A stretch of DNA of 59,060 nt from an uncultured Planctomycetaceae bacterium (GTDB lineage Bacteria > Planctomycetota > MHYJ01 > CAZWFP01), in the NCBI GenBank assembly GCA_964633175.1, contig CAZWFP010000003.1, positions 1-59,060 on the forward strand, written 5' to 3'. Under the pieces are notes generated by a model. That model was not told the origin of the DNA, searched no databases, and saw only the letters and a list, made by a program, of their open reading frames with translations. Shown one piece after another: positions 27,173 through 36,279 of the stretch. The translations under genes and the position numbers were made by a program. Each line of letters opens with the position of its first letter. Position 1 is the first letter of the stretch.

Positions 27173-27529
27173 TTAGAATTTAAGTCCTCCCTCTCTTGCT
27201 GCTTCTGCAAATGCTTTAATTTTACCGTGATAGCGATAGTGTCTTATGTCTAATACTACTTCAATAATGCCTGCGCTTCTTGCTTTTTCAGCAATTAGAT
27301 GTCCCACCATTTTCGCTGCATTGATATCGCTGGTTTTTTTTAACGTTTTCAATTCTTTTGACAAGGTAGAGGCACAGGCAACCGTTTGTTGGTGTACGTC
27401 ATCTATTAATTGAACGTAAAAATGTTTATTAGTTCGTGTGACTGCAAGTCGCGGTTTTACAGGAGTACCAAAAATCTTTTTCCTTCTTCTTAATATCCTT
27501 CTCTTTCTTCTTGCTAAAGTTTTTACCAT
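27173..27529 (-). CDS. rplR: 50S ribosomal protein L18
   Basis: PRLAVTRTNKHFYVQLIDD...HGKIKAFAEAAREGGLKF. Confidence 0.9.
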   Translation of the reverse strand: MVKTLARRKRRILRRRKKIFGTPVKPRLAVTRTNKHFYVQLIDDVHQQTVACASTLSKELKTLKKTSDINAAKMVGHLIAEKARSAGIIEVVLDIRHYRYHGKIKAFAEAAREGGLKF

Positions 27530-28110
27530 TATTTTTTTGGCGGTCCTCCACCTGCCCCGCCTGTGCCCGCCGCAATTGCTTTCCCAGGTTTTTGCTTTAC
27601 TACTTCACCTTTGAATCTTATCCCTTTTAACGTATAGACGTTAATAGGTCTTACATTTTTGACGTTGATTGCAAATTGCCCTACTAATCGTTTATCTATT
27701 CCTTTTATTGATATTAACGTGTTTGTTAAACATTTTACTTCTATGTTATCAGGTATTTGTAATTTTATAGGATGGTTATACCCTACATTTAAAACAAGTG
27801 TTTTGCCCTCTACTTTTGCATTATATCCAACACCTATAATTTCTAATTCTTTTGTAAATCCTTGTTGTAATCCTAAAACCATATTTCTTATTATTGACCA
27901 TACAGTTCCTTGTAACGCTTTGTGTTGTTTTTCATCTGACGTTCTATTAACTAATATACTGTAATTGTTATTGTCTATGCTGACTGTTATACCCTCTGGT
28001 ATAGAAAATTGCAGGTTGCCGTTTTTATTACTCAATTTTAATAAGTTATTTTCTAACTGGCAGTTGATGTCCGGCGCCACTATTATTGGTTTTTTTGCTA
28101 ACTTACTCAT
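27529..28110 (-). CDS. rplF: 50S ribosomal protein L6
   Basis: MSKLAKKPI...GVGYNAKVEG..LVLNVGYNHP. The internal ATG is preferred. There is a short Gly-rich C-terminal tail. Confidence 0.9.
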   Translation of the reverse strand: MSKLAKKPIIVAPDINCQLENNLLKLSNKNGNLQFSIPEGITVSIDNNNYSILVNRTSDEKQHKALQGTVWSIIRNMVLGLQQGFTKELEIIGVGYNAKVEGKTLVLNVGYNHPIKLQIPDNIEVKCLTNTLISIKGIDKRLVGQFAINVKNVRPINVYTLKGIRFKGEVVKQKPGKAIAAGTGGAGGGPPKK

Positions 28111-28112
28111 AC

Positions 28113-28514
28113 TTACCAAATATAAAACAGCACTTCTCCACCAACTTTTTCCTTTCTCGCCTCTCTATCACTGAATACCCCTTTGGTTGTACTTAATACT
28201 GCAATACCAAATCCATCGTTGACCCGTGGTATCTTTTCTAATGGTACGTAGACCCTTCTACCAGGCTTACTGATTCTTTTTACTTCATTGAAAATTTTTT
28301 CCCCATTGGGTCCATATTTCAAATATATTCTCAGAAGATTAACGTTTTTTCTCCATTCTATAACCTTGTAATCCTGTATATACCCTTCTCGTTTTAAAAC
28401 GTTCACTATCCGTTCACTGAATTTTGAATATGGAACGTTTAAAGCAGAATGTTTAGCATCACTTGCGTTTTTTATGGATACTATTAAATTTGAAATTGGG
28501 TCTATACTTGCCAT
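28113..28514 (-). CDS. rpsH: 30S ribosomal protein S8
   Basis: DPISNLIVSIKNA...GGEVLFYIW. Confidence 0.9.
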   Translation of the reverse strand: MASIDPISNLIVSIKNASDAKHSALNVPYSKFSERIVNVLKREGYIQDYKVIEWRKNVNLLRIYLKYGPNGEKIFNEVKRISKPGRRVYVPLEKIPRVNDGFGIAVLSTTKGVFSDREARKEKVGGEVLFYIW

Positions 28515-28515
28515 G

Positions 28516-28701
28516 TTACCAACTTGATTTTTTTACTCCGGGTATTAGCCCTTTTGAACCTAATTCCCTGAAACATATCCTGCACAAGGCAAATCTTCTC
28601 ATATATGCTCTTGTTCTTCCGCATAATCTACATCTGTTTTTTCTTCTTGTTTTGTATTTCGGTTCCTTTAAGTCCTTTAATATTTTTGCTAATCTTGCCA
28701 T
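28516..28701 (-). CDS. rpsN: 30S ribosomal protein S14 (type Z, zinc-binding)
   Basis: 61 aa with CRLCGR...CRICFRE. Confidence 0.9.
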   Translation of the reverse strand: MARLAKILKDLKEPKYKTRRKNRCRLCGRTRAYMRRFALCRICFRELGSKGLIPGVKKSSW

Positions 28702-29276
28702 TTTTCATCCTTTCTGAATGGGAATCCAAGTTTTTGTAGTACTTCAAAGCATATTTTTTTTCTCAAACTTTTCTTTATTCCGTTATTGCGAAATACTATG
28801 GCAATGTCCATTCCATTTGAAAATTCACTTTTATCCCTTGGCACTTCTGGAAATATAAATTGCTCCGGTATTCCGAAATTATAATGACCTGTTTTGTCAA
28901 ATGATTTAATGGAAAACCCCCTGAAATCCCGGATTCTTGGTATTGCTATACTAATTAATCTGTCCAGGAATGCATACATTCTTTTTTTTCTTAAAGTTAC
29001 TTTCAATCCACATTCCATTCCTTTTCTTAATTTAAACCCTGCGATGGATTTGCGGGCTCCTATAACGACTGGCTTTTGTCCGGTAATCAACGCAAGGTCA
29101 CCTACCATTTGTTCCAAAAAGTTCTTTTGTTCCTTTGATTTACCCGTTCCCATATTAATTACGATTTTTTCTATATAAGGTACCTGTAAAGTATTTTTTA
29201 GTTTATACTGTTCCATTATGTAAGGTATTACCTCATTTCTATATTTTTCTAATAATCTTAAATTACCCATTTCCAT
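28689..29276 (-). CDS. rplE: 50S ribosomal protein L5
   Basis: [34 protein letters not shown]. The start may be 6 nt downstream. Confidence 0.9.
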   Translation of the reverse strand: MEMGNLRLLEKYRNEVIPYIMEQYKLKNTLQVPYIEKIVINMGTGKSKEQKNFLEQMVGDLALITGQKPVVIGARKSIAGFKLRKGMECGLKVTLRKKRMYAFLDRLISIAIPRIRDFRGFSIKSFDKTGHYNFGIPEQFIFPEVPRDKSEFSNGMDIAIVFRNNGIKKSLRKKICFEVLQKLGFPFRKDEKWQD

Positions 29277-29341
29277 TCATTAAACCTTGAACTTTTAGAT
29301 TTTGAGATATACTTTGGAGGTGTTATTTCCTTCATCGTTTC

Positions 29342-29668
29342 TTATTTCTTAGCGGGGTAGGGTATAATCTGCTGGCATTTTTTACATTTCCTGAGTTTTT
29401 CTTGATTTTCAGTTGTTGTATATCCTATTCTTGTTGGTTTTCCACAACTTGGACATATTATCATTACGTTTGATATGCTTATGGGATGAGGTGCTTGTAA
29501 TATGGCTCCACGCCTGTATTCTGGCGAGCGTTTGTGATGTTTAAATTTTACGTTCACGTTTTCCACAATCACCTTATTTTTTTCTGGGTATGCTTTTAAT
29601 ACCTTCCCTTGTTTTCCCTTATCGTCTCCTGTTATAATTTTAACTATATCTCCGGCTACAATCTTCAT
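29342..29668 (-). CDS. rplX: 50S ribosomal protein L24 (variant with C-terminal Cys4 ribbon)
   Basis: KOW motif GDIVKIITGDDKGKQGKV, then CPSCGKPTRIGY...CKKC. Confidence 0.9.
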   Translation of the reverse strand: MKIVAGDIVKIITGDDKGKQGKVLKAYPEKNKVIVENVNVKFKHHKRSPEYRRGAILQAPHPISISNVMIICPSCGKPTRIGYTTTENQEKLRKCKKCQQIIPYPAKK

Positions 29669-29866
29669 ATTACACCATTTTTATGGCTAAAAGCCCATAG
29701 CAACAAGAAGTGGTTAGTGAGCAGTGGTGGTTTTTGACAAAATTTATTGAATATTTGATATCGAACATTGAATATTTTATATTCGATGAATTCTGATTTT
29801 CTATTGCAATGGTTGTGTTTCTTTTACATTCTACAATATTAATTATTGAATATTCAATGTTCATTG
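29669..29866. repeat. composite intergenic repeat insertion between rplN and rplX
   Basis: The 198 bp spacer contains family B modules. 29709-29750 is the reverse complement of 38312-38353 with a few mismatches. 29771-29800 resembles 37585-37612. Confidence 0.8.
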
Positions 29867-30232
29867 TTATACTACTTCTGTAGCCAGTGATACTATTTTC
29901 ATGTATTTTTCTTTTAGTTCTCTTGGTACTGGACCAAATACTCTCGTTCCTTTAGGGTTACCATCTTTATCTATTAAAACTACTGCATTATCATCAAATC
30001 TTATATAACTACCATCCGCTCTTTTGATGGGGAATTTAGTTCTTATTATCAATCCTACCACTTTTTCACCTTCTTTTATATTAGAACCTTTACCCACTTT
30101 CCTTACGGACCCTGTTATTATATCTCCTACGTATGCATATTTTTTCTTTGAATATCCGATTGGACCAAAACAATGAACTATTTTAGGTCCCGTATTGTCA
30201 GCCACGACTAATAGCGTTTTTATTTGTATCAT
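29867..30232 (-). CDS. rplN: 50S ribosomal protein L14
   Basis: MIQIKTLLVVADNTG...IRFDDNAVVLI. Confidence 0.9.
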   Translation of the reverse strand: MIQIKTLLVVADNTGPKIVHCFGPIGYSKKKYAYVGDIITGSVRKVGKGSNIKEGEKVVGLIIRTKFPIKRADGSYIRFDDNAVVLIDKDGNPKGTRVFGPVPRELKEKYMKIVSLATEVV

Positions 30233-30238
30233 AATTTA

Positions 30239-30556
30239 TTACTGTTGATTGTTCGCCGTTAATTCATTAGTTTTACCATATTGTTTTGCATGGCTTATTA
30301 CTTTTATTAGTTTCCATCTTTTTAACTTGCTTAGAGGTCTTGTCTCCATTATTTCCACATAATCGTCTTTTTTAGATAAATTTTTTTCATCGTGAACATA
30401 ACAAGTTGTTCTTTTTGTGTAATATCTCTTGAATTTGCTATGTAATAACCTTCTTTCTACTACTACCACTCTGGTTTTGTTCATCTTATCACTTTTTACT
30501 ATGCCTTTTAATACTTTCCTTCCCTGTTGCTTGCTTTTTTCCATGTTTTGTTCCAT
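30239..30556 (-). CDS. rpsQ: 30S ribosomal protein S17
   Basis: RKVLKGIVKSDKMNKTRVVVVERRLLHSKFKRY, with N- and C-terminal extensions. Confidence 0.9.
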   Translation of the reverse strand: MEQNMEKSKQQGRKVLKGIVKSDKMNKTRVVVVERRLLHSKFKRYYTKRTTCYVHDEKNLSKKDDYVEIMETRPLSKLKRWKLIKVISHAKQYGKTNELTANNQQ

Positions 30557-30610
30557 AAAAGAAGCGCTATTATAAATAGTTTTTTTTATTAAACATTGAA
30601 ATTGATGGGT

Positions 30611-31747
30611 TTACAGATGTTTAAGCGCTAACCTGACACCTTCAACCATATTGACAAGTTTTTTATATGATATGTTCCAGCTTCTTGTTCTTAGCCCACA
30701 ATCGGGCGTTACGTATATTCTTTTGGGATCTCCTAACAGTTTAACAGCCCATAATATTCTGTCTCTTATAAGTTCTGGTGATTCAACAAAGTCAGTATGT
30801 ATATCTAATACACCAATGCCTAATGCAAAATCATAAGGTTTAAATTTTCTTAATATTTCATAACCAATTCTTTTTTCTGCTTGTGCTCCTAATGATTTTG
30901 TATCTCTATTGGCAAATTCTAAAGCAAATAATTTAACTTTGCCTTCCCATTTTTCAATGTGGGGGAATAACTTCTCATATAAACTGAAACATATATGAAC
31001 GCTGAAAGTGCATTTTAAATTATTTAAACTGCTGCCTATTATTTCAATAGCCCAGCCAACTTCATCACTATGAGTTGTTAATGCCGGTTCATCTATTTGT
31101 ATCCATTCAGCTCCGCTTTTTACTAATTCTTCTATATTCTTTCTTATGATGTTGAACGAAACATCCTCTAAAAATTTCTTACGTCCCGTTTCTACGTTTT
31201 CTATGCTGTTTTTACTTCCTAACTCATTGACGTTTGTATAATATTCGTCGTATGACCAATCACACAGTGTGTAAGGTCCTGTAATAGGAATCTTAATTTG
31301 TTTGCTGGTATACCTCTTTATCTTTAAAAATTCATCTACGTGATAGGGTTTTTTTAAACTTACAGGACACGTTACAGTTGCTTTTTTATAGTATTTATTG
31401 TCAAATGATCTTACTTCACCTATTAATTTAAATCCATTACAGAATTTTAACGGATATTGATACATTTCTACTCTATGTTGCTCACCGTCAAAAATCCAGT
31501 CCAACCCTGCCTTTTCTAGCAATCTGACGGCGTAAAGAGAGGAATAATCAATTATCCTCCTTTTTTCTTCTGGCGTAAAATTTTTCTTTTTGGCAAGAAT
31601 TTGTAGCAATTCCTCATTTTCTATATTTAAAAACTTGCCCCATTTCTTTGCTTCATTAATGTCATCATCGTTTATCGCTAATCTTGCAAATGGTTTAGTT
31701 CTCCATAACGGTTTTGCCAAACTCCCTATTTCAAATGTGCTAAGCAT
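30611..31747 (-). CDS. MetE-type (cobalamin-independent) methionine synthase, catalytic C-barrel only
   Basis: Zn ligand motifs VHICF (HxC), ALEFANRD (Glu) and TPDCGLRTRSW (Cys), plus IQIDEPAL. Confidence 0.8.
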   Translation of the reverse strand: MLSTFEIGSLAKPLWRTKPFARLAINDDDINEAKKWGKFLNIENEELLQILAKKKNFTPEEKRRIIDYSSLYAVRLLEKAGLDWIFDGEQHRVEMYQYPLKFCNGFKLIGEVRSFDNKYYKKATVTCPVSLKKPYHVDEFLKIKRYTSKQIKIPITGPYTLCDWSYDEYYTNVNELGSKNSIENVETGRKKFLEDVSFNIIRKNIEELVKSGAEWIQIDEPALTTHSDEVGWAIEIIGSSLNNLKCTFSVHICFSLYEKLFPHIEKWEGKVKLFALEFANRDTKSLGAQAEKRIGYEILRKFKPYDFALGIGVLDIHTDFVESPELIRDRILWAVKLLGDPKRIYVTPDCGLRTRSWNISYKKLVNMVEGVRLALKHL

Positions 31748-31752
31748 TATTA

Positions 31753-32745
31753 TTATTTTGTAATTACTATTTGCTTGTTTATTCTATACTTTCCATTCTT
31801 TTCTGCCTGCTGTAAATCTTTTTTGACTTGTGTCAATACGTTTATTTTTCTAATGGCATATTCCAAGGGTAAAAATTCAAAGTCAGGGGCACCTGAAATG
31901 ATGATATAGGAGGGATTTATTCTATTTTGTAAATTTACTATGAATTGTTTTATTGATTCTTTATCTTCTATCTTTGTAGAAGCGTTGTTAAGTATGTTCG
32001 CAAATATTCCTTTATCTTGTGGCCATTTTACTTTTACAATTTCTTCTAAACTGTTGTAGGTAAAATCTATGCCTATCCCATCTATATTCTGGTCCAAAAG
32101 AAACTGCAATGTTTGTTTTTCTATCGCCCTGAAAAAAGTATTTACTATTAAATTGATGGGGAGACATTCCTTTCTGATTTTATTTACTAATATCGTGAAA
32201 TGTTTCTTAAGTTCAAAATTAAAGTTAAACAATATGTATGGTTCCTGTAGTATTATATATTTATAGGGACGGCCATCAGCCACGCCTGTTTTTTTGAAAC
32301 ACAGGTATTTTATCGTCTCTGTTAATATGGTTACTATTGTGCTATAATCAGCATTAGAGAAGAACTTAAACATACCTAAGGAGGGTAGGAATGCTGTGTT
32401 ACCAAATCTAAAATATTTAGGATATATTTTCTTAAAGTTAAATTTTATTTTTCTGGGTAATAATATTCGTCTGTAAAAACAATTAGTTTCAAAGTATCTA
32501 ACCAGTCCGTTGACTTCTGTCCCTTTTATTAGAACAGAGAAAGGTCTTAATAAATCCTGCCAGCAAAGTAAGCCATCAGAAACCAGGTCAATGTCTTTTG
32601 TTATCTTTTTTAAATTGTCGTAATCCTTATCAAATGTTTTTTCTAGTTGAAGTATAGTAATTTTTTTACGTTCAAATCTTCTTGTTTTCTCAATCAGATT
32701 CTGACTTCTTGGAAAAATGCCATTTAAACTTGTTAATAATTTCAT
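31753..32745 (-). CDS. MetE N-terminal-barrel-like protein (no Zn ligands)
   Basis: GIFPRS, DGLLCWQDLLRP and RYFETNCFYRR resemble the E. coli MetE N-domain motifs GFPRVG, GDFAWYDHVL and KWFNTNYHY. The C-terminal APDFEFL replaces PDCGL. Confidence 0.6.
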   Translation of the reverse strand: MKLLTSLNGIFPRSQNLIEKTRRFERKKITILQLEKTFDKDYDNLKKITKDIDLVSDGLLCWQDLLRPFSVLIKGTEVNGLVRYFETNCFYRRILLPRKIKFNFKKIYPKYFRFGNTAFLPSLGMFKFFSNADYSTIVTILTETIKYLCFKKTGVADGRPYKYIILQEPYILFNFNFELKKHFTILVNKIRKECLPINLIVNTFFRAIEKQTLQFLLDQNIDGIGIDFTYNSLEEIVKVKWPQDKGIFANILNNASTKIEDKESIKQFIVNLQNRINPSYIIISGAPDFEFLPLEYAIRKINVLTQVKKDLQQAEKNGKYRINKQIVITK

Positions 32746-33596
32746 ACCAGTATTTTATTTAATCTATACATTAAGTATGATGCTAATTGTAAATTATTAT
32801 ACAGGACGTGTTCGACATTTATACCACAGTTCCATTTTAATTCTATTAATTGGTTGATAAGTTTCTCTAATAATTCTGTGGTTCTGGCTTCTATTTTTGT
32901 TCTGTCCTCCATTAGATATTGTTCCGTTTCAGGAGGAAATTCAACACCTAACCATTTCATAAACTCATAGTCCTCTGTACTTGCAAGTGGGGCAATGCTG
33001 ATGTATATAGGTTTGGGTATGATATTTTTCTTGCTACATTGGTTACAATACCCTTCAATTACTTTTCTTGCATTTTCTAATTCAAATACAATCTGTGAAA
33101 CGAAAAATTCCATACCTGCTTTTGTTTTTTCTATGAGTTTTTCTATTTCGTTTTTTCTCGTAAAAATGGTTATACCCCCTATTTTTACGTTATGTTTCCT
33201 GAACCTTTCGGCCGCTTTAATAGGACCTATTCCAGGATACTTTTTACTGCTTGATTCACCTCCTACAAATACAATTTGCTGTATTTTATATTGATTAACT
33301 GTTTCGTTAAACCATGTTTCTAATTCTTTTTCCGTAATGACAGGACATACTTTATATGCAATAACTTCTACATCAGGGTAGAATTCTTTTATATTGTTAC
33401 TAAAACTCCTATTATCTATTTTTGGTTGATACGTTAACGTTCTTGTTCCTCTTGTAGTTTCATCTATTACTTCTGGTATGCCGACAATTTTAATATTATT
33501 ACTTTTTAAGACGTTAGCAACTTCGTATGCTTTTCTTTTGACCTTTTCCTCAGCCCACTTTAAGGGAGGAGGTATTACATTAAACATCAAATTCAT
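32742..33596 (-). CDS. methylenetetrahydrofolate reductase-like protein
   Basis: 284 aa. VFVGGESS and GMEFFVSQIVFELE...IYISIAPL...LGVEFPPE resemble MTHFR family blocks (GaDf.iTQ.vfd, Gi.P). There is a 4 nt overlap with the next gene. Confidence 0.55.
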   Translation of the reverse strand: MNLMFNVIPPPLKWAEEKVKRKAYEVANVLKSNNIKIVGIPEVIDETTRGTRTLTYQPKIDNRSFSNNIKEFYPDVEVIAYKVCPVITEKELETWFNETVNQYKIQQIVFVGGESSSKKYPGIGPIKAAERFRKHNVKIGGITIFTRKNEIEKLIEKTKAGMEFFVSQIVFELENARKVIEGYCNQCSKKNIIPKPIYISIAPLASTEDYEFMKWLGVEFPPETEQYLMEDRTKIEARTTELLEKLINQLIELKWNCGINVEHVLYNNLQLASYLMYRLNKILV

Positions 33597-33733
33597 AAAG
33601 TGGGTATTATATAAATTATCGTATGAAAATAACGTATTGTGTGTGAAAAATCAGATGTATATCAAAATGGGGCAAGCGTATGGAGGGTGAGAGGGATAAA
33701 TGATTGGAGGGGTCCATAAGAGAAGAGGAGTTT

Positions 33734-33811
33734 TGGTGGGCGGTAGAGGATTTGAACCTCCGACCCCTTCGGTGTCGACGAAGTGCTCTATCCGGGCTGA
33801 GCTAACCGCCC
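33734..33811 (-). tRNA. tRNA-Val (anticodon GAC), CCA encoded
   Basis: GGGCGGT acceptor and anticodon stem CTTCG/CGAAG with loop TCGACAC. Position 33 reads C, not U. Confidence 0.8.
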
Positions 33812-34070
33812 TTAAAAATAGCCATTAGTAATTGACTATTATAACAACACTCTTTCTTTTTCTATGCACAATTATAATTTTCTAATTAAATTTTGGGCAA
33901 CTATTGAACAACCTTAGATCTTTATTATCAACAAATCCCGACGCTTACTGACTGCTTGCTCGTCTTTGTGCGCTTCGCGGATAATTTGCTAGTTTTACTT
34001 GCCCTTACATTAAAAGTTTCATATACTAAATAATAACGGTTGAAGATACTTGCTGTAAAAATATACTATT

Positions 34071-34293
34071 ATGCCAAAAGGGATTTCCACAATAGCAAAA
34101 AATATAAAGAAGTATCAAGAAAAGTAAGATATTTCTCAAGATAAATTATCAAACTAAGTTATCAAAACCTGCTGGCATCACTCTACATATAATTACAAAA
34201 ATTGAATCCGGGGCAACATCCGATCCAAGAATTGAGACAATTAAAAAGATAGTTAAAGTTTTGGATATTAAGGTAGGTGATTTGATAAGATAA
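34071..34293 (+). pseudogene. XRE-family HTH (R-M controller-like) gene, disrupted
   Basis: MPKGISTIAKNIKKYQEK then TAA at 34125. The rest, ISQDKLS / KLSKPAGITLHIITKIESGATSDPRIETIKKIVKVLDIKVGDLIR, continues in the +1 frame after an apparent 13 bp duplication (ttatcaaac taag ttatcaaaac). Confidence 0.6.
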
Positions 34294-34325
34294 TAAATAA
34301 TAAAATTTTGAGTTAAAATAAAATT

Positions 34326-35040
34326 ATGAATCAGGAATTAGCTAATGTTATAAAAATTTATACTACGGGTACCCATAAACAATTGAGTAGCTATTTAGAT
34401 GAAAAATCTAAATATACTCTTATAGGGATGCTGGTTGATTTATTAACAATGTATATAAATGATAAAAATTCTTCTACTATAAGAGAATTTATTACTGTTA
34501 CATTGGCTGGTTATCAACATAAGCAAGGCAAAATAGGATACAATGGTTTTAGACAAGATGCTTTTATTGCTGGCAAAACTATAAAATGAAGCGAAACCCA
34601 AAAATATAGACACAGAAGAGTTTGAAAAATATGCCAAAGGAGAAAGAAAGACGCCACCGGCTAAACTCAATGGTGGTGGAAATTTTACCGATTATACACC
34701 TGCACGATTAGAAAAAGATAAAAAAGAGAAAGATTTAAATATGCTAGTTAGCGGTTTTATTGATGGAAAACTTATTTATATATTAGAATTTCCATTTACT
34801 TGCTCAGATTTTGTAGAAAACCTTAAAATACAAATTAAAAAATGGAGTGCTAAATTAAAAGGTAGTAAAACCACTAAGGGGCAGTTTCTAAGAAGCGCTA
34901 CTTTTGATTATAGAAATTTTATTAAATGCCCTGATTTAAAAATTATTTTTCTTTTAAATAAAAAAGAGTTGGCAAAGTATAGAAAATATATATCTAATGG
35001 TTTTTATGAATTTTTATTAAAACATGCAAAAAATGAATGA
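34326..35040 (+). pseudogene. putative type II restriction endonuclease, frameshifted
   Basis: The 87 aa ORF ends at TGA 34587-34589. The +1 frame is open from 34585 to 35040 (NEAKPKNIDTEEF...MLVSGFIDGK...). Joining at the A4 run gives D-x10-E-A-K (FRQDAFIAGKTIK/EAKP), which is PD-(D/E)XK-like. Confidence 0.5.
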
Positions 35041-35908
35041 AAATTATTTAAACAAAATAATCTGTGGCGATGCTCTGAAGGTTTTAAAATCTTTGCCCGA
35101 TGACATAGTTGATGTTGGGGTAACTTCGCCTCCTTATAACAAAGGCGAAAACAAAAAAGGATGGCTTGTTGCCAATGTTAAATATAGTGGAGCATCAGAT
35201 AAATTACCAGAAGATTTGTATCAAAAAAATCAAATTGAAGTTTTAGACGAAATTTATAGAATAACCAAACCCGGTGGTTCTTTTTTCTATAACCATAAAC
35301 TTAGGTGGGAAAGAGGAAAATTATTACATCCAATGGATTGGTTAAGAATGACTAAATGGATAATAAGGCAAGAAATGATTTGGGACAGAATGATTGCAGC
35401 GAATATCAGAGGTTGGCGTTTTTGGCAAGTAGATGAAAGAATTTATTGGTTATATAAACCCATAGAAAATAAACTGATAGGTAAAGAATTAAAGCCAAAA
35501 CATGCTTTGCTAACCTCCATTTGGCGCTTCCCCCCTGAAAAAAACAATCCCCATCCAGCACCTTTTCCATTAGAGTTACCCATACGGTGTATTTATTCTG
35601 TTATGGACGATAAGAAGAATGGGTTAGTGATTGATCCTTATTGTGGTAGTGGGACAACATTAGTGGCTGCTAAAATATTAGGATATAATTTTATTGGTAT
35701 AGAGATATCAGAAGATTATTGTAAGTTTGCCCAAGAAAGAATTAGAAATTATAAAAATGAAGAGAAATTTGCTAAAGAAGAAATTGCAAAACATATTGTA
35801 GTTAAGACATTTAAAGAAAGGAAACAAAAAGGAGAATTCACTGGTAAATATGGGCGCCAAAATAATAAACAAGAAATACAGGCACCCTTAAAACTTTTTG
35901 ACACTTAA
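35024..35908 (+). CDS. DNA methyltransferase, beta-class N4-cytosine/N6-adenine (PF01555-like)
   Basis: Motif IV VTSPPYN is N-terminal and motif I DPYCGSGTT is C-terminal. The ORF is intact at 294 aa. Confidence 0.85.
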   Translation: MQKMNENYLNKIICGDALKVLKSLPDDIVDVGVTSPPYNKGENKKGWLVANVKYSGASDKLPEDLYQKNQIEVLDEIYRITKPGGSFFYNHKLRWERGKLLHPMDWLRMTKWIIRQEMIWDRMIAANIRGWRFWQVDERIYWLYKPIENKLIGKELKPKHALLTSIWRFPPEKNNPHPAPFPLELPIRCIYSVMDDKKNGLVIDPYCGSGTTLVAAKILGYNFIGIEISEDYCKFAQERIRNYKNEEKFAKEEIAKHIVVKTFKERKQKGEFTGKYGRQNNKQEIQAPLKLFDT

Positions 35909-36162
35909 TAAAAAATAAAAAGACAATAAAATATAGTCTATCAATATGAAATACTAAAAGTTTCGCATAAAGGTGTGGTTCACGGGGGGTTTGCCTTTGC
36001 TGTTATGTAAATGTGGTATGGAAAGAGAAGTCAAACGATGCCTCCTCTCTTAATGGAAGCTTGCTAATCAAATTATGCCTTAAGGGTATAAATAAAATGG
36101 TTAGTAAGAAAGAATTTACCGCCGGAGCGAAGCAAAGATGCGAGGGTGAGGCAAATTGTTTA

Positions 36163-36238
36163 TGGTGGAGCTGATGGGATTTGAACCCACGGTCTCCAGA
36201 GTGCGATTCTGGCGCTTTACCAGTTAAGCTACAGCCCC
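36163..36238 (-). tRNA. tRNA-Ala (anticodon CGC), CCA encoded
   Basis: GGGGCTG acceptor with G3:U70, and anticodon loop ATCGCAC. Confidence 0.9.
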
Positions 36239-36279
36239 TACCTGCTTAATTTTATATTTTTTTAATTATAATAATAATA

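Noticed and set aside
29670-29864. 64 aa minus-strand ORF between rplN and rplX.
   Set aside because: It is composed entirely of repeat modules found in non-coding spacers elsewhere. It is Ile/Asn-rich low complexity with no RBS.
34587-34589. TGA in the putative nuclease as a selenocysteine codon, since selA is present in the window.
   Set aside because: The downstream coding continues in the +1 frame, not in the TGA frame, which closes again soon afterwards. A frameshift explains it better than recoding.
33812-36162. tRNA-flanked R-M region as an integrated mobile island with att sites.
   Set aside because: There is no integrase or recombinase ORF. I could not find a direct repeat of the tRNA-Ala or tRNA-Val 3-prime end at the opposite boundary.
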